NCBI GenBank assembly: GCA_963823655.1
Contig: CAWGMK010000007.1
Span: 1-64,000, forward strand
Reading direction: 5' to 3'
DNA length: 64,000 bases
From: an uncultured Bacillota bacterium
GTDB taxonomy: Bacteria; Bacillota; DTU025; MWDF01
Notes under the pieces: model-generated
Databases searched by the model: none
What the model saw: only the letters and a program-made list of their open reading frames with translations
Told to the model about the DNA's origin: nothing
Part shown: positions 1 to 10,911 of the stretch, in pieces
Position numbering within the stretch: the stretch's first letter is position 1
Layout: every line of letters begins with the position of its first letter
Translations under genes and position numbers: made by a program

Positions 1-120
1 TACCGACCGGAGCTCGCGATCCAGGCCTCCCGCGCCGGCGATAACCTTGGCGCCTTCGAGGCAAGGCAGTTTAAGAGCATCGCGCACCCGGTAACCTTCC
101 TGGAATTCCCTGCGGTCCAT
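1..120 (-). CDS. PucR-family transcriptional regulator, N-terminal part (runs off window)
   Basis: Manual translation MDRREFQEGYRVRDALKLPCLEGAKVIAGAGGLDRELRSV matches the PucR N-terminal pattern; GGAGGT RBS upstream; divergent from the AOR gene. Confidence 0.75.
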   Translation of the reverse strand, partial: MDRREFQEGYRVRDALKLPCLEGAKVIAGAGGLDRELRSV

Positions 121-246
121 GGCGTACCTCCGATAGCTTTGATGTTGATACTGATTTAAATATAGAACAGAACGTGCCCGGCAGACCATAGCAACAGACT
201 TGTTTTATGTGAATCTAGCAAATAAGTCAAAAACAGGAGGTGGCCC

Positions 247-2124
247 ATGAAGGGGTACTGCGGAAAAATCCTTCACTTAGACCTGACAGGCGGGCATTTC
301 ACGGTAGAGGTGCCGGATGAGGCCTTCTACAGAAAGTACATGGGCGGCAGTGCCATCGGGGCTTACTATGCGCTCAAAGGCATCAAACCCGGCACGGACG
401 CATACGATCCCGCAAACGTCCTTGTATTTGCGGCTTCTGCCACAACGGGTGCTCCCTTAAGCGGCGCCTCCAGGTTCAATGTAACCGCTAAATCCCCTCT
501 TACAGGCGCATTGGGCGACAGCCAGGCCGGAGGATTCTGGGGCACGGAGCTGAAATATGCGGGGTTCGACGCCATAGTCATCACCGGGCGCTCGGCGAAG
601 CCCACTTACCTTTGGATACATGACGGGCAATATGAACTGATGGACGCATCTGAGCTTTGGGGGCTGGAGACCGGGCAGGCGCAGGAGAAGATAAGGCAGA
701 AGCTCGGGGATAAGAAGGTCAGGGTGGCGATAATCGGGCCCGCCGGCGAGAGGCTGGTCAGATTCTCATGCATAACCAACGAGCTCAAGCACTACAACGG
801 CAGGACAGGCATGGGCGCCGTCATGGGCTCGAAGAACCTAAAGGCGATTGCCGTGCGCGGCACGAAGGCGCCGGAGTTTGCAGACCGCGAGGCCATAATG
901 GCTTTGGCGCAGTCCGGGGCGAAAAGGTCTGTCGATCACGGCACATCGAAGTTTCTAAGGGAGCTGGGGACGGCCGGCGTCGTCACGGCAAACCAGACGA
1001 TAGGCGGCCTGCCCACCCGCAACTGGACGTCGGGCTCTTTCGAGCACGCCGAAGAGATATCCGGCGATCATATGAACAAGACGATACTGAAGAAGAACAA
1101 ATCCTGCTGGGCCTGCGCTGTCAGGTGCAAGCGCGTGGTAGAGGCGAGCGAGCCTTATGAGCTCGACCCCGAATACGGCGGGCCGGAGTATGAATCCATC
1201 GCCGCCCTCGGCTCATATCTTGGGATAGGAAGCCTGCCGGCGGTGGCCAAGGCTACGGAGCTGTGCAACAGGTACGGGCTCGATACAATATCGACTGGAG
1301 GCACCCTTGCTTTCGCCATGGACTGCTTCGAGGCCGGCATCATTGGCCTGAAGGACACTGCCGGGCTGGAGCTTAAATTCGGCAACGCAGACGCGGCTCT
1401 GGGCATGATAGAGATGATAAAAGACCGCAAAGGACTGGGCGGCCTGCTGGCCGAGGGCTCGTATCGGGCGGCCGAGATCCTTGGCAAAGGGGCCGCGAAA
1501 TACGCCATATGCTCCAAGAAGCAGGAGTTTCCTGCACATATGCCGAGGATTAAGGCATCTTTGGCGCTTGCCTATTCCACAAACCCTTTCGGCGCAGACC
1601 ACCAGTCGCACCAGCATGACGGCTCGATCTCCTCTGAAGACCTGCCTGAGGCCATGAAGACGCTGGGCTTCTCGAAGACCGTGCCCATGGATGAGCTCAG
1701 CTTCGAGAAGGCAAAGCTGTGGGCCTATACCCAGATGCTGTACAGCGCGCTGGACACTCTTGATCTATGCCAGTTCTGCTTCGGCATCAACCTCCTTTAT
1801 GGGCTGGACGACCTGGTTAAGCTCGTCAACGCGGCCACTGGCTGGTCGACTACCCTTTGGGAGCTGATGCAGCTGGGGGAACGCAGGATAAACATGCTGA
1901 GGGCCTTCAATGCCCGCGAAGGGATGTCGGCGAAGGACGACACCCTCCCGGAGAGGATATTCGAGCCTCTTGTCGGCGGCATAACTGAGGGCAACCGCAT
2001 AGACAAAGCAGAGTTCGAGGCCGCAAAGAGGCAATATTATGAGATCATGGGATGGAATCCGGTGACTGGCAACCCCACCCCTACGAAGCTTGAGGAGCTG
2101 GGGCTGGGCTGGGTCCTGTCTTAG
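247..2124 (+). CDS. aor: Tungsten-type aldehyde:ferredoxin oxidoreductase (copy 1)
   Basis: 625 aa; AKSPLTG, GRTGMGAVMGSKNLKAI, CWACAVRC, GPEYE and GLDTIS motifs. Confidence 0.93.
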   Translation: MKGYCGKILHLDLTGGHFTVEVPDEAFYRKYMGGSAIGAYYALKGIKPGTDAYDPANVLVFAASATTGAPLSGASRFNVTAKSPLTGALGDSQAGGFWGTELKYAGFDAIVITGRSAKPTYLWIHDGQYELMDASELWGLETGQAQEKIRQKLGDKKVRVAIIGPAGERLVRFSCITNELKHYNGRTGMGAVMGSKNLKAIAVRGTKAPEFADREAIMALAQSGAKRSVDHGTSKFLRELGTAGVVTANQTIGGLPTRNWTSGSFEHAEEISGDHMNKTILKKNKSCWACAVRCKRVVEASEPYELDPEYGGPEYESIAALGSYLGIGSLPAVAKATELCNRYGLDTISTGGTLAFAMDCFEAGIIGLKDTAGLELKFGNADAALGMIEMIKDRKGLGGLLAEGSYRAAEILGKGAAKYAICSKKQEFPAHMPRIKASLALAYSTNPFGADHQSHQHDGSISSEDLPEAMKTLGFSKTVPMDELSFEKAKLWAYTQMLYSALDTLDLCQFCFGINLLYGLDDLVKLVNAATGWSTTLWELMQLGERRINMLRAFNAREGMSAKDDTLPERIFEPLVGGITEGNRIDKAEFEAAKRQYYEIMGWNPVTGNPTPTKLEELGLGWVLS

Positions 2125-2159
2125 TCAGGGATCATCTGAATATCCCTATCCGCAATAAC

Positions 2160-2208
2160 GAAATCGAAGCCGGTTGCCCACTGTGGTACAACCGGCTTCG
2201 ATTTATTT
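2160..2208. terminator. Bidirectional intrinsic terminator
   Basis: AAATCGAAGCCGGTTG...CAACCGGCTTCGATTT hairpin between convergent aor and livF. Confidence 0.8.
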
Positions 2209-2240
2209 GTCCCCTTGCAGTCTTCTGTTTTTCTTAAAGG

Positions 2241-2975
2241 CTAGTCCGATGCCACTGGCGGCTTTGCGCACGTCTGGCCCAGATAGCCCTGCACCATCCT
2301 GGGATCTTGCAGCAGGTTCGCCGCAATGTCGCTGATCGTCGTCTTGCCGGTGTCGAGCAGGTAGCCGCGGTCTGCGATCTGAAGCGCCTTCCTGGCGTTC
2401 TGCTCCACCAACAGGACTGTTATGTCGTCCTTTTTGAGCCTCTTGATCATGGCGAAGATCTCGTTCACAAGCACGGGGGCCAAGCCCATCGAGGGCTCGT
2501 CGAGGAGCACCAGCTTGGGCCTCGACATTATCGTCCTTGCGATGGCGAGCATCTGCTGCTCGCCGCCCGAAAGGCTCCCTCCCAACTGGTTCTTCCTCTC
2601 GCCGAGCCTGGGGAACTCCTCGAAGAGCTTCTCCATATCCTCCAGTATGCCCTTCCTGTCGGATCTCAAGTATGCGCCGGCCTGGAGGTTTTCCAATACG
2701 GTGAAGGTCGGGAATATTGCCCTGCCCTCCGGGGTGTGGGAGATCCCAAGTTGCACTATCTTATGAGGCGCCATGCCGCTGATTACCTTGTCGTGGAAAA
2801 GCACCTTGCCGCGGCTGGGCTTAAGCAAGCCCGAGATGCACCTGAGCGTTGTGGTTTTGCCCGCGCCGTTGCTTCCTAGAAGGCATACGATCTCGCCCTC
2901 CTCCACTTTGAGGCTGACATCGGTAAGGGCGCGGATCTTGCCGTAATGAACTTCGATGTTAATCAGCTCCAACAC
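2241..2975 (-). CDS. livF: Branched-chain amino acid-type ABC transporter ATPase (LivF-like)
   Basis: [31 protein letters not shown]. Confidence 0.92.
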   Translation of the reverse strand: MLELINIEVHYGKIRALTDVSLKVEEGEIVCLLGSNGAGKTTTLRCISGLLKPSRGKVLFHDKVISGMAPHKIVQLGISHTPEGRAIFPTFTVLENLQAGAYLRSDRKGILEDMEKLFEEFPRLGERKNQLGGSLSGGEQQMLAIARTIMSRPKLVLLDEPSMGLAPVLVNEIFAMIKRLKKDDITVLLVEQNARKALQIADRGYLLDTGKTTISDIAANLLQDPRMVQGYLGQTCAKPPVASD

Positions 2976-2978
2976 GGC

Positions 2979-3741
2979 TTATTCCTCCTTGCCCAGGTAA
3001 GCTTCGATTACCTCTTGGTTGCACTGGATTTCGTCGGGGGAACCGTGGGCGATCCTGGCTCCGTAGTTGAGCACATAGATCCTTTCGGATATGCCCATAA
3101 CGACGTTCATGTCGTGCTCGATGATTAGTATCGCGATGCCGGACTTGCGAACGGCCTCTATGAGCTCGCACATCCTCTGCGTCTCGTCGGGGTTCATGCC
3201 CGCTGTAGGCTCGTCAAGCAGTATGATTTTGGGCTCCATGGCAAGAGCGCGGGCTATCTCAAGGCGCCTCTGGTCCCCGTAAGACAGGTTCTCCGCCATG
3301 TCCTCAAAGTTGCCCTTCAGGCCCACGAACTTCAAAATCCCCAGGCATTTGTCCTTGATCTTCACTTCTTCCTTGCGCATGGAAGGCGTCTTCAGAAGCG
3401 ATGACCAGAACCCCGACTTGATGTGCTGGTGATGACCGATCCTGACGTTGTCCAGCACGGATGCCTTGCCGAACAGCCTGATGTTCTGATAGGTCCTGGA
3501 TATGCCCTTATGGGCGATATTCCAGGGCTTCTCATGGGTTATCTCCTTGCCGTCGAGCAGGATCTTCCCGTTTGTTGCCGGAAGCACTCCCGTGATGCAG
3601 TTGAACAAGCGTGGTCTTGCCCGCCCCGTTCGGGCCTATTACGGCCACGATCTCACCGGCGTTGACCTCTATGTCCACGGTGCTGAGGGCGGCAAGCCCG
3701 CCGAAACGTTTCGTTACGCCGACTGTCTGTAACAAGCTCAC
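2979..3741 (-). CDS. livG: ABC transporter ATPase (LivG-like), frameshift near 3610
   Basis: N-terminus [25 protein letters not shown] in one frame; [22 protein letters not shown] in another. Confidence 0.88.
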
Positions 3742-4787
3742 TGCCTTACCCCCTTTGCCGCCGAGGCCCCTTTGTTCCCGTTCCTCTTTGCGCCTCCGCT
3801 TAACTTGTACCATATGGTGTTGAAGCCTCCTACCAGGCCGCTGGGCCAGAAGGTAAGAGTAAGGAGCAGCGTCCCGCCGTAGATTATGAGCCTGTAATCG
3901 GCGAGAGCCCTGAGAAATTCAGGGGCTGCCGTCAGGAGCAATCCGCCCACTATCGGGCCCGCTATCGTCCCCAGGCCGCCAACCAGGGCAGTTGTGACTG
4001 CCATGGCCGATTCCGTAAAGCCGAAGCTGCCGGGGCTGATGTACTTGAAGTAATGAGCGTACATCGCGCCTGCGATGCCGGCGAAGAACGAGGCCAGAAC
4101 GAAGGAGAGCAGCTTGTAGAACCTTGTGTCTATGCCGCAGGTCTGCGCCGCGTCCTCGTCATCCCTGGTTGCAAGAAACGCCCTGCCAACCGGCGAGTTC
4201 ATGATGCTTCTTATGCTTACGACAACCAATATTACAAGGGCGAGCGTCAGGTAGTAGAAGCTGATCTTGTTGTTGAAGACTATGGTGCCCAGCAGGGGCA
4301 GCTTTATAGGGGTCGGGATGGGTATGCCTGTGATTCCCATGGGCCCCCTCGTAAGCCCTACCCAATTTAAAATGACCAGCCTTATTACCTCGCCGAAAGC
4401 AATCGTTGTAATCGCGAGGAAGAACTTCCTGAGCCTAAGGCTTGGCAAGCCCAGCACGAAGCCCACGATGCCCGCCATGATCCCTGCCAGCGGCATCGTA
4501 ATCCAGAAGGACAGATGAAGCCTTGTGGACATTATCGCGGACGTGTAGGCCCCGACAGCGTAGAAGGCGGCCATGCCGAACACCGGCTGCCCCGTGAAGC
4601 CGGTCACGAGGTTGAAGCTTGAGGACAGGATGACAGCAAGGCCCGAGGCTATCAGTATGTGGAGCGAATACTGGTTGGTGACGAGCTTCGGTATGAGGAC
4701 GAGCAGGACCAGCAGCGCTCCCACTGCCAGGATCCCGATCGTTTTGTTAGCTTTTACTTTTTGCATACAAGCATTCCCCCCGATCAT
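3738..4787 (-). CDS. livM: ABC transporter permease (LivM-like)
   Basis: Hydrophobic; [26 protein letters not shown]. Confidence 0.9.
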   Translation of the reverse strand: MIGGNACMQKVKANKTIGILAVGALLVLLVLIPKLVTNQYSLHILIASGLAVILSSSFNLVTGFTGQPVFGMAAFYAVGAYTSAIMSTRLHLSFWITMPLAGIMAGIVGFVLGLPSLRLRKFFLAITTIAFGEVIRLVILNWVGLTRGPMGITGIPIPTPIKLPLLGTIVFNNKISFYYLTLALVILVVVSIRSIMNSPVGRAFLATRDDEDAAQTCGIDTRFYKLLSFVLASFFAGIAGAMYAHYFKYISPGSFGFTESAMAVTTALVGGLGTIAGPIVGGLLLTAAPEFLRALADYRLIIYGGTLLLTLTFWPSGLVGGFNTIWYKLSGGAKRNGNKGASAAKGVRQ

Positions 4788-5653
4788 TTCGACGAGCGGG
4801 AGAATATGCCGCTCGGCTTGTACAGAAGTATGGCTATGATGACTAAGAAAGGCATCACGTCCCTGAACGTGGAGCCCACGAAGGACGCGAACACCCCTTC
4901 GATCGCGCCCAGCAGGAAGCCGGCTATGCAGGCACCGAAGACGTTGCCCAGGCCTCCCATCAGGATAACCGCGTATATCTTCATGCCCGTAAGCGATCCC
5001 ATCCCGGGAAACACCAGCATACTAGGGCCAATAAGCGCCCCTGCGACGCCGGCGAGGCCCGTGGCGAGGGCAAATGTTGCCGCGATTACAAAATTCACAG
5101 GTATGCCCATGAGGCTCGACGTGTCAGTGCTCTGCGATACCGCCCTTATCGCCAGGCCGAACTTGGTGAAGCGGATGAGGCAGTAGAGAAGGGCTATTAT
5201 CAGCCAGCAGGCAATGAACACCATCAGCTGCTGCGCCGTAAAGTACACCCCTTTGACCGACAAGTTGATGTTGGCAAGCCCCGAGGGGAATATCCTGGGG
5301 TCGGCCGTCCAGACGAGGACGGCAACATTTTGGATTATGAAAGACACAGCGAAGGTCGTTATATAGGCGTACATTGTGCCGGACTTTCTCACCGGCCTCA
5401 ACGCTACCCTTTCGGTAAGAAGGCCCAGGAAGCCTATGCATAGGAAGGCGCCGATGAGGCCCACCCAGTAAGGGGCGTGCCACAAGGTGACCATGGAAAG
5501 CGCTATGTAGGCGCCCAGCATGTACATCTCGCCCTGTGCCAGGTTCAAGACCCTGAGCACGCCGTAAGTGAGCGAGACGCCCGCTGCCGTCAGGGAATAG
5601 ATGCCGCCCACTATCAGGCCGTTTACTATCTGCTGGAATATCAGGACTGACAA
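4784..5653 (-). CDS. livH: ABC transporter permease (LivH-like)
   Basis: QQIVNGL..NLAQGE, GLAIRAVSQ, GGLGN. Confidence 0.9.
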   Translation of the reverse strand: MSVLIFQQIVNGLIVGGIYSLTAAGVSLTYGVLRVLNLAQGEMYMLGAYIALSMVTLWHAPYWVGLIGAFLCIGFLGLLTERVALRPVRKSGTMYAYITTFAVSFIIQNVAVLVWTADPRIFPSGLANINLSVKGVYFTAQQLMVFIACWLIIALLYCLIRFTKFGLAIRAVSQSTDTSSLMGIPVNFVIAATFALATGLAGVAGALIGPSMLVFPGMGSLTGMKIYAVILMGGLGNVFGACIAGFLLGAIEGVFASFVGSTFRDVMPFLVIIAILLYKPSGIFSRSSK

Positions 5654-5742
5654 GTCTTACTCACCCCCAAGTATCAAGAACGGACGGGTATGACCGCTAT
5701 GCCGGCTTCTACCCGTCCACCGACTTTATTGTCCGATATCTC

Positions 5743-6915
5743 TTAGTACTTGCGGATCTCCTTCTTGCCGTTTACATACTCGATTACTATCCAGGTCGAG
5801 GCCGCCTGCCCGGTCGCGTCGAAGGAGATGTCCACGCCCATGCCGTGGAAGTTCTTGGTCTCCTTGATTGCGGTCCATATGCCGGCCGTGGTGCTACCGC
5901 CCCTGCGGATGGCGTCGAGTATGAGCCTTACGGCGTTGTATGCCGCAGCTCCGGTCCCGTTGATGGGCTTGTTGTACTTCGCCCACCAGTCGGCGTAGAA
6001 CTCCTTGACCACTGGGTCAGGAAGAGTGTCTTCGAAGCCGCTTACATACAGCAGGCCTTCTGCGTTCTTGCCGGCGAGGTCGAGGGTGTCGGTACCTATG
6101 CCGTTGAACGCCACGAGCTGGACGTTCCAGCCGAGCTCAGTGCGCTGGCGCATGATCTGCACGGCTTCTGCTGTAATTGACGCCATGAAGAGCAGGTCCG
6201 GCTTCAGCTGGCGAAGCTTGGTGAGCTGGGCCCTGAAGTCGACTGACTCTCTGATGTAGTGCTCTACTCCTACGACTTTGACTCCCAGCTTCTCGAGGAC
6301 TGCCACGGTGTTGTCACGAAGGGAGATGCCGTAGTCCGTGTTCTCATATATGACTGCTGCGGTCTTGGGCTTGAAGCGGTCGACCGCGTAAGGGACTATG
6401 ATCGAGGCCTGGGTTGCGTTCGTGGCGCATGTGCGGAATATGTACTTGTATCCCTTCTGGGTGATGCTCTCGGCGGTTGCGCCTGATGTCACCAGCGGGA
6501 TCTGGTTGGCTTCCGTGACTTCCATAACGGCCAGGACCACCGAGCTCATTACGGGCACTAATATCAAAGATACCTTTTCGTTATGGATGAGGCGCTCTGC
6601 CGCGGCGACTGCCTCGGCCGGGTTCGCCCTGTCGTCCATTATGATGAATTCGACTTCCATGCCATTTATGCCGTTGGACGCCTTGAGCTTGTCCTGAGCT
6701 ATCGCGATGGCGTCTTTTACTCCGGATCCGAATGTCGAGGACGGTCCCGTTATCGGGCATATGACACCGACCTTAACTTTTGTGGCTGCGTTGGCAAATG
6801 TTCCGCCCAATAGCAGGATCGCTAAAATTACCGACAAGATGCGGAAATTCCGATGCAACATCTTCATCTTCCTCCTTGTAATGGGTACTTTACCTGCTGA
6901 TATGCTTATGTTCAC
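5743..6915 (-). CDS. ABC transporter substrate-binding protein (LivK/PBP1 family); true start probably ~6861-6867
   Basis: Signal peptide then KVGVICPITG, DDRANP, YIFRT, YENTDYG. Confidence 0.88.
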   Translation of the reverse strand: MNISISAGKVPITRRKMKMLHRNFRILSVILAILLLGGTFANAATKVKVGVICPITGPSSTFGSGVKDAIAIAQDKLKASNGINGMEVEFIIMDDRANPAEAVAAAERLIHNEKVSLILVPVMSSVVLAVMEVTEANQIPLVTSGATAESITQKGYKYIFRTCATNATQASIIVPYAVDRFKPKTAAVIYENTDYGISLRDNTVAVLEKLGVKVVGVEHYIRESVDFRAQLTKLRQLKPDLLFMASITAEAVQIMRQRTELGWNVQLVAFNGIGTDTLDLAGKNAEGLLYVSGFEDTLPDPVVKEFYADWWAKYNKPINGTGAAAYNAVRLILDAIRRGGSTTAGIWTAIKETKNFHGMGVDISFDATGQAASTWIVIEYVNGKKEIRKY

Positions 6916-7264
6916 CCCTCTTGGCCGAAATGCGGACCTATAAAGGTATTAACTAATTCTACATATGCAATTGTCATCCCTATGTACTTTCACACAAATT
7001 ATTTGGGATTTATTAGTATTTATGCACATAGAAGAAGGAACGCAGCAGGAATATAATTCCTTTTAACGGGGCTGGCCCCCGCCTGCCGGAGGCGGAGACT
7101 GGTTCGCCACCAATCGCGAACAGACCAAAAGCAGTACCGCCCTTATGGCAGAGGGCGTCTACACGTTACTTGGTCTCAAGCCTCGCAACCTCGGACGGCA
7201 TCTGAACTGCCTGATGTGGTATTATAGGAGGTGAATTGGTAAATCTAATTTGGGAGGATTCGTT

Positions 7265-8161
7265 ATGGAGACTATTGGTTTCATCGGACTGGGAATCATG
7301 GGAAGGCCCATGTGCAAGAACCTTATGAAAGCCGGCTACAAGGCGATAGTCTGCGACGTAGTGCCATCCGCGGTGGCCGAGATGGTCGCAGAAGGCGCAG
7401 TGGCGGCGAAGACACCCGCAGAAGTTGCCAGCCAAGTTAACAAGATTGTCACGATGCTGCCGGATTCCCCGCAGGTCAGGCAAGTCGTGATGGGCCCTTC
7501 GGGCGTGCTGGAAGGCGCAAAGCCGGGCTCGATCATAATTGACATGAGCTCAATTGCCCCCTCCGCCGCCAAGGAAGTATGCGAAGCCGCCAAGGCAAAG
7601 GGCGTGCGCATGATTGATGCCCCCGTCAGCGGAGGCCAGCCCGGCGCAATTGCGGCAACACTTTCGATCATGGTCGGCGGCGAAAAGGCCGACTTCGACG
7701 AATGCTACGACCTGATGAAGCTGTTGGGCAAATCAGTCGTCCATGTAGGTTCAATCGGTGCCGGAAACACCGTGAAGCTATGCAATCAGATAATCGTAGC
7801 TCTGAATATCGCAGCCTTGGGAGAGGCCCTCACCCTTGGAGTAAAAGCGGGTGTGGACCCTGAGGTGATATTCGACGCCATAAAGGGCGGGCTTGCAGGA
7901 AGCAATGTAATGAACGCAAAGACACCCATGGTGCTAGACCGCAATTTCAACCCCGGCTTCAGGATCGACCTTCACATAAAGGACATCGCGAACGCCCTGC
8001 AGACCGGCAAGGAAATCGGCGCACCTCTTCCAATGACTGGGCTAATCGCCCAGGTCATGCAGGCCATGAAAGTAAAGGGCCACGGCAGCAGCGACCACTC
8101 CGCAATAGTGCAGTTCTTCGAGTCACTAGCTGATGTGGAGATCGCCCGCATAAAGCACTAG
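7265..8161 (+). CDS. garR: 2-hydroxy-3-oxopropionate (tartronate semialdehyde) reductase
   Basis: IGFIGLGIMG, MLPDSPQV, DAPVSGG, KLCNQ, PGFRIDLHIKD; GGAGG RBS. Confidence 0.85.
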   Translation: METIGFIGLGIMGRPMCKNLMKAGYKAIVCDVVPSAVAEMVAEGAVAAKTPAEVASQVNKIVTMLPDSPQVRQVVMGPSGVLEGAKPGSIIIDMSSIAPSAAKEVCEAAKAKGVRMIDAPVSGGQPGAIAATLSIMVGGEKADFDECYDLMKLLGKSVVHVGSIGAGNTVKLCNQIIVALNIAALGEALTLGVKAGVDPEVIFDAIKGGLAGSNVMNAKTPMVLDRNFNPGFRIDLHIKDIANALQTGKEIGAPLPMTGLIAQVMQAMKVKGHGSSDHSAIVQFFESLADVEIARIKH

Positions 8162-8200
8162 AGCCCGGCGACGTTTCCAATTGCGGCAAGCGCAAAAATT

Positions 8201-8248
8201 GAAGGCCCGGATCCCCCCTGCAAGGACGGAATCCGGGCCTTTTTATTT
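8201..8248. terminator. Intrinsic terminator between convergent garR and Fe-ADH
   Basis: AAGGCCCGGAT...ATCCGGGCCTT followed by TTTATTT. Confidence 0.75.
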
Positions 8249-8276
8249 CGCCCTTACTTTAGGGCAGCCGCAATTC

Positions 8277-9572
8277 TTACTGCATGTTCTTTACTAGCGA
8301 GAGGTCTCCTGTTGCTGCCGCGCGCAGTATCGGCCTCATGTATTCCTCCACGAGAGTCGCATCTAGCGGCACCGGCATGTTCTTGAGCTTCATCTCAAGC
8401 TGCGGGTTCTTTGCTGCTGCGAGCGCCCTTTCGATGTGGGCCTCGGTGAAGCCTGGCAGATCGGTCAGCTTCGTGGGGAAGTTGAGCTTCTTTCCTAAGG
8501 CCATCATGGCCTCGGCCACAGCGACTCCCAGGGCCCTGCCGCTAAGCTCCTCTACATTGCCCTTCAGGAAACCGTACTTGGCATATATCCTACCGACCGT
8601 TTTGAGCTGCTCCTGAATTGCCGGCGCGAAGAATACCGTGTAGTACGGATTCATCAGGGCTACTCCTCTTCCGTGGCTTGCTATGTCGACAAGCGAGAAG
8701 CTCGTAAGATGGGCGCCGTTGGTGCCGCCCACCATGATCGCATAACCGCCGATGTCGGTAGCAAGGCCAAGCGCCTCCCTTGCCTGCTCGTCGGCCGGAT
8801 TGGCGACCGCCTTCTCCACATTGGCCACCGCAAGCTCGATGCCCACTTCTGCGATTTCCCTGGTTAAGGCGAGTTTGTCGCCCTTGGCCCCGTAGTACAC
8901 CTCGAGGCAGTGGCTGATGCCGTCAAGAGCGCCGTCTATTGTCATGTTCACAGGCACTGATTTAGTGACCAGGTAGTCGAAGACCGCGCGTGCCGGAACA
9001 ACGGCGTCGTCAACGATGAGCTTCTTCTGGCCCGCAGCGATGTCTGTGATATTGGAATACTTCGTAAGCTGCGCGCCCGAGCTTGCCGCAGTCTGCACCG
9101 CGACCACGGGAAGCAGCTTCGCGGAATGCGCTGCCATCACCGCGCTCACCTGGCCGGTGCCGAAGTAGGGCTCGATCTCGGCCTCCCAGCGGCCCAGCGA
9201 AGCGAGCACATTAGCGGCCTTCACCGCGTCGATCGTGCTTCCTCCGCCCACTGCCATAAGGCTCTTGGGCCTGTGCTGCAGTATATAGGTCGCGATCCTG
9301 TACACGTCCTCGCGAGGCGCGTTGGGCGCCGCGTCCGGCACGGTCTTTCCGCCGGCAAGCGCTATGCCGCGCTTTTCAAGCGATGCCAGGATCGGATCGA
9401 GTATAGGCTTGAACCATGAGCCGGAATTCGCCACTACCAGGCAGGAGTCCCCGAATTCCTTCGCGTACTCCGCCGCCATGTCGAGCACTCCGAGGCCGAA
9501 GGCGTAATTGTCCCCTTTGAATCCTCTGAGAAGTTCTCTTGCCCTCTCTTTAAGCCCTAATGCATTTGCCAA
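8277..9572 (-). CDS. Iron-containing alcohol dehydrogenase family protein
   Basis: GGGSTIDAVK, DGISHCLE, GAH..SH metal ligands; TTG start with AAGGAGGA RBS. Confidence 0.82.
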   Translation of the reverse strand: MANALGLKERARELLRGFKGDNYAFGLGVLDMAAEYAKEFGDSCLVVANSGSWFKPILDPILASLEKRGIALAGGKTVPDAAPNAPREDVYRIATYILQHRPKSLMAVGGGSTIDAVKAANVLASLGRWEAEIEPYFGTGQVSAVMAAHSAKLLPVVAVQTAASSGAQLTKYSNITDIAAGQKKLIVDDAVVPARAVFDYLVTKSVPVNMTIDGALDGISHCLEVYYGAKGDKLALTREIAEVGIELAVANVEKAVANPADEQAREALGLATDIGGYAIMVGGTNGAHLTSFSLVDIASHGRGVALMNPYYTVFFAPAIQEQLKTVGRIYAKYGFLKGNVEELSGRALGVAVAEAMMALGKKLNFPTKLTDLPGFTEAHIERALAAAKNPQLEMKLKNMPVPLDATLVEEYMRPILRAAATGDLSLVKNMQ

Positions 9573-9609
9573 TTCCGTCCATCCTCCTTTGCCAGTCTGG
9601 AATTTCCGC

Positions 9610-10893
9610 CTATTTCTCCAGGTATGGTATGGTCTGCGGGCCTTCGGGCAGTACGCAGATGCGAGCATCGCTCCCGTACTTCTCAAGCAGCCCCTTCACC
9701 GTGGCCTCTATGTCCCTGCAGGGCTTGAACATCGCGGATTCTATGTCCTCGTCCGACAGGCACTCCGAGTACAAGTACACATCGGCTTTTATCTGCAAGT
9801 CCGCCTGCAGCTGCACTTGCCACTGGTCTTGCATCGAGAAGCCGGATTCTGCGATTATCTCAAGCGCCCGCCTCGGGTTTCCCGCCATCTGCATGAGCTT
9901 GTGGTAGTGGCTTCCCGAAGGGATGCCGTCCGTGCACTGCGCGACCGAGATGATAGACCCGCCCTCTTTCACTATGCCCGCCGCCGCGCTCATCCCCTTG
10001 ACCGCCTGGTAGACATTCCTGTCGAGCGGGTAGCCGCTATTTGTCGTAATCACTATGTCGAAAGGTTCCTTGACGGCCCTCATGGCCGTCCTTTTCACAT
10101 ATTCCGTGCCTTTGGAGTGCGCTGCCAGCAGGCCTCCCGCGAACACGCCGGTTATAGCCTTGTCCTTGTTAAGGGTGACGTTGACTATGAAGTCGGGCTT
10201 CGTCGCGAGGGCCCCTTCGGTGAGAAGCTCCCACACAGGATTGCCCTTCGTAATGCCCCAGGTCGAATTCTTGTCCGACAGGATCTTGTAGCCGTGGGCC
10301 ACCTTGATGTTCTCAAGGCTTGCAATACCGGGATATACCAGCTTGCCGCCGCCGCTGAAGCCCGCGAAGAAGTGGGGTTCTATGAAGCCGGTGAGTATCT
10401 TCAAGTCGGCCTCGTAGTAATCCTTGTTCACCCAAAGCTCCTGGCCGTCGGACAGGCGCCCCGCCATCGACATCGTGTTCCTGTCGGAGCAATCGTGCTG
10501 CACTACCCTGTATTTAGAGGCTATTTCCTCGCCTAGAAGCTCCACAATCTCCTCTTTCGGGCCGGGCCTGTGGGTGCCGAGCGCGCTTACAAGTACTATG
10601 TCCTCGCGCTTGATCCCCGCTTCCTCAAGCTCAGAGAGGACTATGGGCAATATCTTCTTGTTCGGGACCGGCCTTGTCGCGTCGCAGAAGTTGATCGCAA
10701 CGCTTTTGCGTCCTTTGGCCAGCTCTTTTAGCGGCAGGGACCCGATCGGGCCCCTTACCGCATCCCTTATTGCTTTGAGTTCGTCCTGCAGCCCTTCGAT
10801 GAATACCGGCTCCACTATCGTGAGGTTTTCGGCCGGCAGGTCCACAGTCTTCCTGATTTTTCCGTATGACAGCTCAACTTGCACTGAGTACAC
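9610..10893 (-). CDS. larA: LarA-family nickel-pincer-dependent 2-hydroxyacid racemase/epimerase
   Basis: DATRPVP, ALGTHR, EPHFFAGFSGGGK, YPLDRNVYQAVKG. Confidence 0.88.
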   Translation of the reverse strand: MYSVQVELSYGKIRKTVDLPAENLTIVEPVFIEGLQDELKAIRDAVRGPIGSLPLKELAKGRKSVAINFCDATRPVPNKKILPIVLSELEEAGIKREDIVLVSALGTHRPGPKEEIVELLGEEIASKYRVVQHDCSDRNTMSMAGRLSDGQELWVNKDYYEADLKILTGFIEPHFFAGFSGGGKLVYPGIASLENIKVAHGYKILSDKNSTWGITKGNPVWELLTEGALATKPDFIVNVTLNKDKAITGVFAGGLLAAHSKGTEYVKRTAMRAVKEPFDIVITTNSGYPLDRNVYQAVKGMSAAAGIVKEGGSIISVAQCTDGIPSGSHYHKLMQMAGNPRRALEIIAESGFSMQDQWQVQLQADLQIKADVYLYSECLSDEDIESAMFKPCRDIEATVKGLLEKYGSDARICVLPEGPQTIPYLEK

Positions 10894-10911
10894 GCTCCTT
10901 GCAGGTTTCTT

